Shown here in pieces: positions 40,801 through 55,800 of a stretch of DNA of 64,000 nucleotides. The translations under genes and the position numbers were made by a program. Under the pieces are notes generated by a model. The model did no database searches and was not told where the DNA came from. It was given only the letters and a program-made list of their open reading frames with translations. Numbering within the stretch: the first letter of the stretch is position 1; every line of letters begins with the position of its first letter. Source of the DNA: Mytilus trossulus (lineage: Eukaryota); assembly GCF_036588685.1 (NCBI RefSeq), contig NC_086373.1:868001-932000 (forward strand), given 5' to 3'.

Positions 40801-43800
40801 CACACAAAACTGTGTTACTGACTATTTTAAAGAGTGGCCCCTCAGAGCTTGGTGATGTGAAATAAATTCTGGGGAATATGTCACTTCTATATTTTATTCC
40901 AGTCTGATTTATAAGCTCAATTAAACATTATTCCATGAAATCTATTTCCCATTTAACCTTCTTTTTCATCTAAAATTTATGATCTTATAAGTGCTTTCAC
41001 AATCTCCATCCCAAATCAATAGCTTAGTAAACCCCTGGTGCCAAAAAAGAACGTTTCTAACACTCAAAAGACATATATACTACCATTGAGAGTCATACAA
41101 ATAACAACTGATGCTTCAAGTGCCCCCTATGGGGTGCCATATCATCGATTAATGGGTTCATACACAAGAAAAAAGCTGTATTATAAAATACATAAAATGA
41201 TAAATAGGTTTTATCTCATAAAATATAGTTTATGTTAACATTAAACATAAGATTTGCATAATTTTCAGAGGAATATACAACAGTAATAAAATTCTAGGTA
41301 GGAATTCATATTGACTGTTATCTTATTAATTAATGAGAAAAATAGCTATAAAGTTGCCAAGATTATGAATAATATTGTCATCTTTAATTATTGTAAATTC
41401 ATCCTTTGAAACTGTCTGTTCTATACACAAGTTTGAATGCCTTTTCTCTTAGACTTTGTCATGATCAGAAAGTTCATACAAGTGCCAATCTCTCACTCTA
41501 GAGCTTTGTCAGAAGGCACATACAAGTTCCAATCTCTCACTTTAGAGCTTTGTCAGCAAGCACATACAAGTTCCAATCTCTCACTCCAGAGCTTTGTTAG
41601 CAGGCACAAACAAGTTCCAATCTCTCACTCTAGAGCTTTGTCAGCAAGCACATACTAGTTCCAATCTCTCACATTAGAGATTTGTCAGAAGGCACATACC
41701 AGTTCCAATCCCTCACTCTAGAGCTTTGTCAGCAAGCACATACAAGTTCCAATCTCTCACTCTAGAGCTTTGTCAGCAAGCACCTACAAGTTCCAATCTC
41801 TCACTTTAGAGCTTTGTCAGCAGGCACATACAAGTTCCAATCTCTCACTCTAGAGCTTTGTCAGCAAGCACATACCAGTTCCAATCTCTCACTCTAGAGC
41901 TTTGTCAGCAAGCACATACAAGTTCCAATCTCTCACTCTGGAGCTTTGTCAGCAGGCACATACAAGTTCCAATCTCTCACTCTAGAGCTTTGTCAGCAAG
42001 CACATACACGTTCCAATCTCTCACTCTAGAGCTTTGTCAGCAGGCACATACTAGTTCCAATCTCTCACTTTAGAGCTTTGTCAGCAGGCACATACAAGTT
42101 CCAATCTCTCACTCTAGAGCTTTGTCAGCAAGCACATACCAGTTCCAATCTCTCACTCTAGAGCTTTGTCAGCAAGTACATACTAGTTCCAATCTCTCAC
42201 TCTAGAGCTTTGTCAGCAAGCACATACAAGTTCCAATCTCTCACTCTGGAGCTTTGTCAGCAGGCACATACAAGTTCCAATCTCTCACTCTAGAGCTTTG
42301 TCAGCAAGCACATACTAGTTCCAATCTCTCACTTTAGAGATTTGTCAGCAAGCACATACAAGTTCCAATCTCTCAGTCTAGAGCTTTGTCAGCAAGCACA
42401 TACAAGTTCCAATCTCTCACTCCAGAGCTTTGTCAGCAAGCACATACAAGTTCCAATCTCTCACTCTAGAGCTTTGTCAGCAAGCACATACAAGTTCCAA
42501 TCTCTCACTCTAGAGCTTTGTCAGCAAGCACATACAAGTTCCAATCTCTCACTCTAGAGCTTTGTCAGCAAGCACATACTAGTTCCAATCTCTCACTTTA
42601 GAGCTTTGTCAGCAAGCACATACAAGTTCCAATCTCTCACTTTAGAGCTTTGTCAGCAAGCACATACAAGTTCCAATCTCTCACTCTAGAGCTTTGTCAG
42701 TAAGCACATACAAGTTCCAATCTCTCACTCCAGAGCTTTGTCAGCAAGCACATACTAGTTCCAATCTCTCACTTTAGAGCTTTGTCAGCAGGCACATACA
42801 AGTTCCAATCTCTCAATGTAGAGCTTTGTCAGCAAGCACATACTAGTTCCAATCTCTCACTTTAGAGCTTTGTCAGCAAGTACATACAAGTTCCAATCTC
42901 TCATTCTAGAGATTTGTCAGCAAGCACATACAAGTTCCAATCTCTCACTTTAGAGCTTTGTCAGCAAGCACATACAAGTTCCAATCTCTCACTCTAGAGC
43001 TTTGTCAGCAAGCACATACTAGTTCCAATCTCTCACTTTAGAGCTTTGTCAGCAAGCACATACAAGTTCCAATCTCTCACTTTAGAGCTTTGTCAGCAGG
43101 CACATACAAGTTCCAATCTCTCACTTTAGAGCTTTGTCTAAGGCACATACAAGTTCCAATCTCTCACTCTAGAGCTTTGTCAGCAGGCACATACCAGTTC
43201 CAATCTCTCACTTTAGATCTTTGTCAGCAGGCACATACCAGTTCCAACCTCTCACTCTAGAGCTTTGTCAGAAGGCACATACCAGTTCCAATCTCTCACT
43301 CTAGAGCTTTGTCAGAAGGCACATACCAGTTCCAATCTCTCACTCTAGAGCTTTGTCAGAAGGCACATACACTCTAGAGCTTTGTCAGCAAGCACATACA
43401 CTCTAGAGCTTTGTCAGAAGGCACATACAAGTTCCAATCTCTCACTCTAGAGCTTTCAGTCAGCAGGCACATACCAGTTCCAATCTCTCACTTTAGAGCT
43501 TTCAGTCAGCAGGCACATACAAGTTCCAATCTCTCACTTTAGAGCTTTGTCAGCAAGCACATACAAGTTCCAATCTCTCACTCTAGAGCTTTGTCAGCAA
43601 GCACATACAAGTTACAATCTCTCACTCTAGAGCTTTCAGTCAGAAGGCACATACTAGTTCCAATCTCTCACTCTAGAGCTTTCAGTCAGAAGGCACATAC
43701 AAGTTCCAATCTCTCACTCTAGAGCTTTGTTGGCAGGCACATACAAGTCCCAATCTCTCACTCTAGAGCTTTGTCAGCAGGCACATACAAGTTCCAATCT

Positions 43801-46800
43801 CTCACTCTAGAGCTTTGTCAGCAGGCACATACCAGTTCCAATCTCTCACTCTAGAGCTTTCAGTCAGCAGGCACATACAAGTTCCAATCGCTCACTCTAG
43901 AGCTTTGTCAGCAAGCACATACAAGTTCCAATCTTTCACTCTAGAGCTTTCAGTCAGCAGGCACATACACTCTAGAGCTTTGTCAGCAAGCACATACAAG
44001 TTCCAATCTCTCACTTTAGAGCTTTGTCAGAAGGCACATACTAGTTCCAATCTCTCAGTTTAGAGCTTTGTCAGAAGGCACATACCAGTTCCAATTATCT
44101 CACTCTAGAGCTTTGTCAGCAAGCACATACCAGTTCCAATCTCTCACTCTAGAGCTTTGTCAGCAAGCACATACAAGTTCCAATCTCTCACTCTAGAGCT
44201 TTGTCAGCAAGCACATACAAGTTCCAATCTCTCACTCTGGAGCTTTGTCATGATAAGGAAGCTCATGTGGCTGGGGAGTTGGGGAGTTAATAGTACCATG
44301 ATTAATATGAAATCAGTCAGTAAATTTTTTGGTAAAAATTGGAATAATTTTTAAAATTTGGTTAATATATCCAAATAATTAGCCGTAATGTAAAGTGTTT
44401 GTCTTTCTACATTGCCTGAAAAGTACTTGTGAAATAATTATGTATTTTTAGTTAAATGTCAATCATATTAGTACCCCAAAAGAATTATATGACATGTAGC
44501 TTAATAAAATTATTATTATTGATTTTCATCATATTTTTCAATTCAAATGACCAAAAATCCTTGTTGGCAGATGGTTATTTGATCACCTGCTTTCTACCGC
44601 TACATCTTACAGTAAGACAATTATTTACTTGATATCAGATTTTTCGTAACATATGTTTTTAAAATTTATTTAGCATTACATTCTAACTATCAAAAAGAAA
44701 ATATTTAACCAAATTCTGAATGTTTTTTGACAAATTACTATATTAACACAGTATCACACCTGTCCCTTCCTAACATTAAAAGAGAAATAAAGATGTTCTG
44801 ACGTAAAGAACACAAGCATTGGCACTATAGATGGCAGTAACAATGTACTTTAACCACAATTACTCATTCAATACAAGGAACAGTATCAATATAGACACTT
44901 ATTAAAAGGTCACAACTAAAAATAAGCAACAAATCTTTTAATTTATAATCTTAACATATTTGTTTGTTGAATCTTGACGGCAGAGAAAATAAACAATTGT
45001 AAACAGTTGTGGCACATAAAACTTACTACAGTAATAAATTACTTTTCTGATGGAGAAATAATCAAATTTGAAACAATTAAGTTTATCTAATTGTTGATTT
45101 GGCAAGTCTTTATGATTGCTCCAATACCAGAGATTAAATCACTTCCCTTCAGCTTGGGGAGATATTGGATTTCTTTAAACTGGAGTTCAAGATAAGAACC
45201 ATTTCTTTGGAACTTTTAGGAAGGTTTCCTCAAGTTATTCTAAAGTCTAAAAAAAAGATGATGTGGTATGATTGCCAATGAGACAACTATCCACATATAT
45301 TTTAACAGTGGTGTTCCATTAAAGATGAAATGTACTTAAGACCATCTTTATCTAACTTTTTGTCAATGGTATTCTATAGTTGTTTTTTTTTACCTTTTCC
45401 TAACATGGGAGTGATAGGACCAGTTATTGACCCAAAATTGTACATTGGCCTTTAAGCGAAACACTGATTTGAGAAACAATGAAGCAGTCAGAACTCTTAT
45501 AATCATTATAGTTTTTTTTATGAATTTAGGAGTTTTTTTTCCTATTTCAAGCATGAACTGCAGTAGTAGTATTCCAATATGACTTAATATAGTCCAAATA
45601 ATGTGGATTAAAACTGTTGCCTTCAACAATGAGCAAACACCTAACTGAATGGTAAGCTAAGTGTATAAAATCCTAAAAGACAAAATATTGAACAAATCAA
45701 ATAAAAAATAACCATATAAACAAGAAGACATTTACTCCAATGTAAAAAATATATCCCTGATAAACCACAACATTTGGTTGACAAATCAATATATTACAAT
45801 TGTCATCATCCTAACACCATCATAAACTGGAGAAGAAAACACGGAGTTTGGCTCTATGGTGGTTATTTTAATGAAATTGTCTCTTCATCATAAATTTATG
45901 TCTATATTGCATAAAACAGACATTAAAGGTACCAGAAAGTAATTTTCAATGACACACGCCTGACACTACAGACAAGTAATGGACAATGAATATCTCTTGA
46001 TAGCATACAGATTATTACACTGCCCTCCAAAACATTTCCGTATCAAAGACAGTGTAACATTAGTTTTTTAATTGTACAGGAAAACACAAAAAGATTGTAA
46101 GATATTCTCAAATGTTCCTCACTTACAAGAAGTCTAATACTCTTATGATTGTGTGAAATAAGAAGCGAATCCAAGCTAAAATATTTTTTGGCATCATTTG
46201 GAAAATCTTCTATTTAAATCATTTACTGAAAATTCATCATAAATATATAATACATACAAAATTTGGTATAATTTTTTCAAAATACATTTTTTTTATTTAA
46301 TGATTTTCAATTTCTTTCTATAAAGGAGGAAACAAAAATCTACCGACTAACAGCTTCTACTAACAAGATTAATATATGACTAAATATTTTCCAAAATAAG
46401 TTAGATATTTTGAATAGAAAAAAAAATGCTTGCAGAGTTGAAATATCAATAACAAAAAGTTTGTAAGATGTTAAAGGTGTGAGGCTTAAATTAGCAAAGG
46501 AGAAAACCTGCTACTCCATTCTGGACATCAAATCTAGCATCAACTTTAAGACAATTGTAATTATAAGGTCTATTACAAGCAATAACTGAAATGGACCTCT
46601 TTCTGTGTGTTTCCTTCCCTTTGAAGAAGATATATATCTCCCCTCAGCTGTTGCTTGTTTCCTCCCCTCATTGAGCAATAGGTAGACAATGTATCTACAT
46701 GTTTTCCATCTGTCTGAGGGCAAACTCATTTACCTTGAAGAACATTGTGTAGAAACCTACCAAGTTGTTAACTACAGGTATTTCCCCAGCTGTACATATC

Positions 46801-49800
46801 ATATTTATAAACATTGCTGAATGGTATATACATATTATACACAGAATATGATTTCAAAATTCTTCAATTAACTTCTGAAGGTACTACATTATCAGTCCAT
46901 ATGTTACCACACGTTCTTCATAGACCAATCCTCAGCGGGGTATTCAACTCATTGATAAGTGCAAATGATTATAGAAAAAATGTGTCTCCTGAAAAAAGCT
47001 ATCGGCAATCATAATGCAACAGCATATTGTATCTGCAGGCAAAAAAAGCCAGGCATATAGAAAATAGAATTATATCAAAAGTTTAACAAAAACATAACAA
47101 ACATGCAAGTATGAGACATGGAATCCCAATCTAAAATCATTATTACCAAAAATTGATAAAAATATAAAAAATCAAATTGACAAATCAAAATCAAGAATTG
47201 CATCAGCCATGTCTGTTTGTTTTAATCTGAGTGAAATAAGTTTGTATTTATAATATTCTTGACATTATTCTGCCAAGTAATTACTTAAACTTATAAAAGT
47301 GAAAATAAAGAAGAGAACTAGACAATGTGCATGGAAAAACATATAACACTAAGATATATGGACCTATGCATTAACTTTGGTTAACCAAAATCAATCAAGC
47401 ATGTCATGGAAGTAAAATGTTTCAGATGGTTATTCAATCAAAAGAAGATCTACCTGGTACAAGCCTGGTCATTTATCTATACAACTAAATACAATAATAG
47501 CTGGAGAACTGATAGGGAAGAAATGCTATGCCATATTGGCCAATATAAGTGGCAAAGCCATACACAAATGAGAATTTTAAAGGCACACTAGCTGTCAAAT
47601 TCATGGTCACTGATTTGACTCAAATTCTCATATTTGATTTATAACAATGTTAAACATTTATCCTAACTACCAAAAGTCCAAAAGAAACAGTTTACAGAGC
47701 ATGGGGTAGAGAATATGTAGGTTAATTTCATGTGAATTTTAGTCCAGACACCATCTAATTTACTATCGAATTGACCTTAGATGACCATATAAGCGATGTA
47801 AACATATATAAAGATATGAATAGATTAAATCAAAACGTGCAATTGGATTTTAATAGGTCTGTTTGATTTTATTTTATAGATTAAACATATATGTTTCTCA
47901 TTGTTTTTTACCATATAAGAATGATTTTATATGGATTGAATAAGTAATCAAATGGTTTACCTTAGTTTCACTTTCATTGTTGACATTCTTTTTCTTTAAA
48001 AATAACCAGTACAGGTACAATGCATGCGTTGTCAATCTCTAGCTAGGGGTTAAACTGAAGTTCACATGAATATGGATATAATGAGGTAGACTGATTCACT
48101 TGCAAATGAATTAGAAAATATCAATGTTTCTTTGCTTAATTTGACAAAATTAAACTATTTTGGCTGATAAAAGTGAATTATTATTTCCCTTTTTCAGTTT
48201 CATTATTGATTTAACAAAAACAATCTTACTATAGATTTTTTATTTATCTCGTAGCTAGTTCCCCTTTAAGGTTCTACATAATGAACAGTACCATATATTT
48301 CAGTCATATGGAGATTTTTTTTTCATCCTTTTCTCTATTCTTCAAGTCTCCCCTTATTCTAACCTGTAATTCTGTTCACAAGTATGGTAAAAAAAAAAAT
48401 GTGTGTGTTTGGGAGGGGAGGGATATGATACAACATATAATCAGATTTTATAAGAAGATGTATTAAGATAGAGTCATTATTATTACAGTTCCTAATCTTC
48501 TTCTTCTCTGGATCTTTACCCCTTTATAGGGTAACCATACTTTCATATGTAAAACAGTTATCACATGTGGAATATTTGGGTGTATATATAATTTTATGAT
48601 CTTTTCAATCATTAAACCATCATGTATTTCTTCATTCTTGTGTCTATGTAGATATAATATTTATTTATTTTAAGTTCACTCATTAAACCATCAATTTATT
48701 TCTTCATTCTTGTGTCTATCACCATGGGTCTCTCCATACTTAATCAAATCCTCTATACTACTGATAGATACTTAATCTATTGGCACAGAATAGTATACAG
48801 TAATGTAAAAACTCAAATCAAATCTGTCAAAGTTGTTTCTTTTTTCTCTTTTATAACAATAAGTTAAATATACCACAACTGAGTGGTTTATAAAGCTTTA
48901 AGTACAGGAAAGTCAAAGTTATAGTTTTCTTGTTTTTTAATACAGAATTAACTTTTAAGGAAAAAGCACATGTATTTTAATTGAATTGGTGGTCTTAATT
49001 AGGCTAAGTAACATTACACTCTCTCTGACATCAACAACTGGTGTATGACTTGTACATATAATCAGGTTTATAGACATGATTATATAAATAAGTCACACAT
49101 TATGGCTTTTACTTACTTTTGGGAAAAATAGTGAACATTGATAATATAGCAATGACTAGATTATCTGACAAATACTATAAAAGCAAAATAAAATACTGTT
49201 CCTCTACATTAAAATTTTGTTGGATCCGACTTTGAAAAACATCAAGTCAGTACCAAAAATTTAAATTAAATATAATATAACTCTTTTCAGATCCTAGAAT
49301 TTTAATAATATTTCTTGATTGTACAAACTTTTTTTATTAGTTCCTTATTTTTGCCACATGAAGTAAGAATGTAAATTTCCCTGCCTCTGTTCCGCCATTG
49401 ACATCTGTTTCCTTTATCATAAATTATTCTATTGTAAGATTCTCAAGTTATAGTAATTGAAAATGGATTATAGAAGGAGCAATCTTTATATAGACTCTTG
49501 ATAGGAAAACCTTATTCAGTTTATCAACTTTTTCTAGACAGCTTATGGCCTTTAAAAAATCATCAAAAAATAATAAAATGAGAAGAGAACATTCTGACAC
49601 AGTAAAAACTGTATGTTAATCTCACTTGGGGCAAGATTTATACAGTCAATTGATTCAGAAATCAATATCCCTGTAATTTCATTGAGAAAATATGTTCCTG
49701 GATTAAGTGGAAAGCCCCAGTTCTAATCTAGAACAAAACACATGTTACCTTCTCTGAGGTAATGTAGTGTAAATTTATTAAGATAACATAAGATGTATGA

Positions 49801-52800
49801 TCATGGCTCTGCCAAAGGTTTACTCAAAAGATGGCTATAGATTATAATCCTGAAAGTCATACCGATAAGAATATAAGTACATAATTTGTATATTTATGAT
49901 TAAATTTCTTGTATTACTTCTAATAAATTGTTTTACTGAACAAACCTGCCTGCCATAAATCTTATAAATAGAAGATACTGAGAGTCTTATTTCCAATTGG
50001 ACCGAGACAACAACAAAGGAACAAAATAAACAGAATAATAGGACTCAATTTTTTAAATCAAAAAGTAGATTTCAGATTTTAAAGAAATGATTTAAAATTC
50101 AATATTCTATTTTGTAGACACTATGTCCTCCTTAAATTCTCTAAGGAGAAATGGTATTGTACAATGATTGATTTATCAAAAATATAACATCATCTAAGAA
50201 TTGCTCCATTTAAACAGCAATGAAACATTACAAAGACAGATATCAGATTAACTACAAGTGAATCTTTTCTGTTTTCAGAACTAAATCTATTTGTAAATAT
50301 ATCTTTTTTTTCAAAATTTCAGGATTTTCCTTAACCCTGCAAAAAATACCCCTTTCAAAATTCCTATTTCACAATTTCTAATATTTGTATTTCATAAAAA
50401 AACAAGCTCATATTTATTATACATGTAACACTCAGAAACGTGTCCTTCCCCCCAAACGTGACTGATTCCCCCAAACGTGTCCACATTGACGTCACTAAAC
50501 TGCAAAACATGTCTAGTTAAAAATAACGCCAAAGTGTGTGATTTGTATAAACGCCCAAACGTGTCCATTTCTCAACAAACCCCCAAACGTGTCCAATCCC
50601 AAAAACGTGGCCATATCAAGCGTTATTTGGTTATTGCTATTCAATTAACGTATACTTATTTAACCATTTCATTAAAAACATAGATAAGGTACTTTTTGAA
50701 ACCGGCCGAAAAAAGCGGGTAAAAGTGGGGGCATCCTTTCAACTCTGTCGTATGTAAAGTGTAAGCAAACATGTTTAATAACGTTAAACTGTACAGATAA
50801 CGGATGAAAGTGTCCCTTTCTCTGCACATTAAAATGTGTATGTTCTCTCTAAATATTGTGAAACATCGGCAACTGGACGATCAACAGTCTAAAATAAATG
50901 TATCAGTACAAATGTAAAAACATAAAAACGAAGATGTGGTATGATTGCCAATGAGACAACTATCCACAAAAGACCAACATCACACAAAATTAACAATTAT
51001 AGGTCACCGTCCGGCCTTTAATAATGAGCAAAGCCCATACCGCATATAGTCAGCTATAAAAGGCCCCTATGCCCTATGTTCTCTCTAAATATATATAAAA
51101 TACTTGCAACTGGACAATACACAATTATCAGTTTAAAGATAATTTAAACAGTATATAGAAAACAGTAAAATCATTAAAACATGTACGTTCTCTAAATATG
51201 CATGAAATACTTGCAACTGGAAATGCGCTATCAACAGTCTAAAGTTAATTTATACAGAAAATGTAAAACTATTTCGCTCTAAATATCCATAGAGTACTTG
51301 CAACTGGACAATACGCTATCAACAGTCTAGAAAGTGAATTTGTACAGCACAAATTAAATTTGTAATTACGGTAACCATGCACTAATAACCGGCGTTGATC
51401 ACATAACATTCATATTGATAAAAAGAATCTATAAAACCAATGCATGAAATATTTGGCACTGGACGTTATGTCTCTTGATCGTGTGTCTTTAGTGATGCTG
51501 GAAACCTAAAATTTATTAACAAAAACCGGATAAACAGTTTATCATTTGATGAGTTTTTGAAAAACACATAAATTCAGATGGAGAACTATTAACAAAAGTT
51601 TTAAAAAAAAATGCTGCTTATCTCCCCCCAGGCAATATTCGGATAAATTTAAAACGTATCATTGGAGTTTATTAGTACAAAATAATTTACAAAGTCACCG
51701 ATTAAATCAACTCTCTAACTATGTGCAGGTTCGCTCTTAATGAGTTTGAAATACTTGCAACTGAACAATAACCATTAGAAAATTGTCGTCAACTTTAGCA
51801 GCGATTTTATTTAGGAGATACATGTATTAACGCTAAAAGACATGAGACGTTCTGGCGTTAAATATTGGACACGTTTTGGCGAATAACATTTATCGGACAC
51901 GTTTGGGGAAATTTGTACATTTCGGACACGTTTAGGAAGAAAAGACACGTTTGGGGGATCGGACACGTTTGGGGGGAAGGACACGTTTGGGAGTGTTACA
52001 TACATACTGCTTCATCTAAAACAATTTGTTCAATAATGGACAAAGTTGCTATGATAATATAGGAGTATGACCGCCAGGACACTGGACAGGACAGGAGTAA
52101 TAGGTCAGATGTAAATGCTAGACACTATATTATAGTGCTATGGAGAGCTAAGCCTTATGTCAATTATCTTTCCAGCAAAATTTAACCATCCAAACCATCA
52201 GGTTTTTTTGGGGGGGGAGTTATATGGCTTTTTTCATTATTGAAACCTCCATTCCCGACACATCTAACATAATATACCTTCCATAGCTGGTGGGATATAC
52301 TAAAATATATATGGCTTTTAATCAAATATCCCATTCCCAACACATCTTACAGAATACACCATTCATATCCATGAACTTATTGCACTAATCAAGGAAGGCT
52401 GTTACAACTTAACCGATTTCTTTTAAAATCAAACGTATTGAACTTCTTGTGAGCAATAAACAGAGACCGATTTCCACCAGTCAAAAGACTTTTCTCGGCT
52501 AAGATTGTTGAAAATGCTCAATTTCCTTCACAGGACAAAGACAAAGTAATTAATATAAGAAAAACTTCATAAATCTATCTTGGACTGTATTTCTGTATGT
52601 AACACTGTTTGTTGTCTTATATACTATGACAGCTTCTTTAATCCAAGTTCAATAACTCATTCTTAATTGATTTTTTTTTAGTAATATAAAACATGTTGAG
52701 GTTAGATTCATTTCCACAGAAGATAACTAGTCATTTCCCAGGAAAGCTTCTTTTGTTTTCCTAACATTAAATCTTTACCACTTGGAATTAAACAATATAC

Positions 52801-55800
52801 TATGTCCCATTTTATACTATGATTGACACATGTGTTTATTACATGGTAAGGAAGAGCTCTGATTAGCTACAATGATTAAAGTTAAACATTTCTTCTTTTT
52901 AAGGGTGATAAAACTTTCATGTCTACTTTTAGAACATAGCTTTCATTATCTGCTGAGGTCTGACAAGTGACAAATTGGTCTATTTCAGTAATGCTGTACG
53001 TATTGATCGCTATTTTGGAACTTAACATTGAATCTATGGACAGGAACTACAGCTGTGATCATGGTGATCAGACTAAGACTTACTAAGGTCCTCAAAGATC
53101 ATGGACAATACCAATCTAGAAATCAGACTAAGACTTACTAAGGTCCTCAAAGATCATGGACAATATCAATCTAGACATCAGACCAAGACTTACTAAGTTC
53201 CTCAAACTCAAAGATCATGGACGATATCAATCTAGAAATCAGACTAAGACTTACTAAGTTCCTCAAACTCAAAGATCATGGACGATATCAATCTAGAAAT
53301 CAGACTAAGACTTACTTAGGTCCTCAAAGATCATGGACAATATCAATCTAGAAATCAGACTAAGACTTACTAAGGTCCTCAAAGATCATGGACAATATCA
53401 ATCTAGAAATCAGACTAAGACTTACTAAGGTCCTCAAAGATCATGGACAATATCAATCTAGAAATCAGACCAAGACTTACTAAGGTCCTCAAAGATCATG
53501 GACAATATCAATCTAGAAATCAGACTAAGACTTACTAAGGTCCTCAAAGATCATGGACAATATCAATCTAGAAATCAGACTAAGACTTACTAAGGTCCTC
53601 AAAGATCATGGACAATATCAATCTAGAAATCAGACTAAGACTTACTAAGGTCCTCAAAGATCATGGACAATATCAATCTAGAAATCAGACTAAGACTTAC
53701 TAAGTTCCTCAAACTCAAAGATCATGGACGATATCAATCTAGAAATCAGACTAAGACTTACTTAGGTCCTCAAAGATCATGGACAATATCAATCAAGACT
53801 TACTAAGGTCCTCAAAGATCATGGACAATATCAATCTAGAAATCAGACTAAGACTTACTAAGGTCCTCAAAGATCATGGACAATATCAATCTAGAAATCA
53901 GACCAAGACTTACTAAGGTCCTCAAAGATCATGGACAATATCAATCTAGAAATCAGACTAAGACTTACTAAGGTCCTCAAAGATCATGGACAATATCAAT
54001 CTAGAAATCAGACTAAGACTTACTAAGGTCCTCAAAGATCATGGACAATATCAATCTAGAAATCAGACTAAGACTTACTAAGGTCCTCAAAGATCATGGA
54101 CAATATCAATATAGAAATCAGACCAAGACTTACTAAGGTCCTCAAAGATCATGGACAATATCAATATAGAAATCAGACTAAGACTTACTAAGGTCCTCAA
54201 AGATCATGGATGATATCAATCTAGAAATCAGACCAAGACTTACTAAGGTCCTCAAAGATCATGGACAATATCAATATAGAAATCAGACTAAGACTTACTT
54301 AGGTCCTCAAAGATCATGGACAATATCAATCTAGAAATCAGACTAAGACTTACTAAGGTCCTCAAAGATCATGGACAATATCAATCTAGAAATCAGACCA
54401 AGACTTACTAAGGTCCTCAAAGATCATGGACAATATCAATCTAGAAATCAGACCAAGACTTACTAAGGTCCTCAAAGATCATGGACAATATCAATATAGA
54501 AATCAGACCAAGACTTACTAAGGTCCTCAAAGATCATGGACAATATCAATCTAGAAATCAGACTAAGACTTACTAAGTTCCTCAAACTCAAAGATCACAT
54601 TTAATCCTTCTAGAGATTAATTTTCTAGTTTTCACAGGTCAACAATACACATGCTCCATTTTTATGTCACTAATTTGTAATTTTGTATGGGCATACATTT
54701 TGCAAGTTCTGTTGAAGTCAGTTTACACTGGAAATATAAAATTGATATGAAGGTGTCTCTCAGCCTTTTATTTGACCAGCAATAGATCTTCAACTTAACG
54801 CTTTCATCTTGTGACTGAGTCTTGAAACAAAATTCCATGACAATCTATTGACTGACATGAATTGAGCCTTGTTACTATTAGTATTAGATGAAAAGAAGCA
54901 TAAGTATTTGTAAGAAACTAAACTAAAGTTTTAACCGGAATGTATATATACAATTTGCAAGAAAGACTCAATAACATTTTAACCGGAATGTTCATATATA
55001 TGACATACATGTGTCACTATCTGCAACTGGAAGACAGACATCTATTCCCTTTAAGTTGATTAGATATGATATCAGTATGGATACATGTTCAGGTGCAAGT
55101 CATGTGCATTACTGCACTATATATCATGGAATAACATCCATATGATGTAATTATTATCTGATGGAGAAGATCTTTAATTTTATTATGAGATGAAATCAGA
55201 TATAAATTAAACAGACTTTTTTTGTTTGTTTTTACAATGATTAATCATGTGAAGTAGAACCTGCTATGTTAACCTTGTTAAAGCAACATTTGGGATATCT
55301 CAAAAACTTGATTAAAGGTGTTTTCTTTGTGATAGTACTATTAGTAGTAACTTCCAACGATCTCAGCTTCCAACATGTTAGATTACTATTTATGTAAATC
55401 TTGAATTTTAACAAATTACAGGTCATGATACTTTCAGATCTATTTCCCACAAAATTTACAGAAAATTGAAAAAATTGGTTTGAAAAATTTAACTTATAAA
55501 TTATTTACAAAGCTTGAACCTACTAGATTTGTACAAATTTCACTTAAAACTTGGCAAATTCAACTTCAAATCTAGAATTTTAAAACCTCAAACTCTCTCC
55601 CACCACAATTAAACAAAAATCCTGCCAAAATCAAAAACAAACCAAAATTTAACTTATCGATACAAACTGCAGCTAAATCACTCATTTTCAGAATAAAATC
55701 CAATTTCTAACTAAATATGTGAAATCACATCACAGATCACGTCAGGAAATAAGGAGAAGAAGAGAGTATCTTAAAACAATCTAATTGCAAAACAAAAACT

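Noticed and set aside
41437-44354. Repeated ORFs MSASTYKFQSLTLELCQQ...
   Set aside because: Translations of the 44-bp array; the unit is not a multiple of 3 and stops are frequent
12514-54596. Regularly spaced repeats as possible CRISPR arrays
   Set aside because: No unique spacers, no cas genes, eukaryotic intron context
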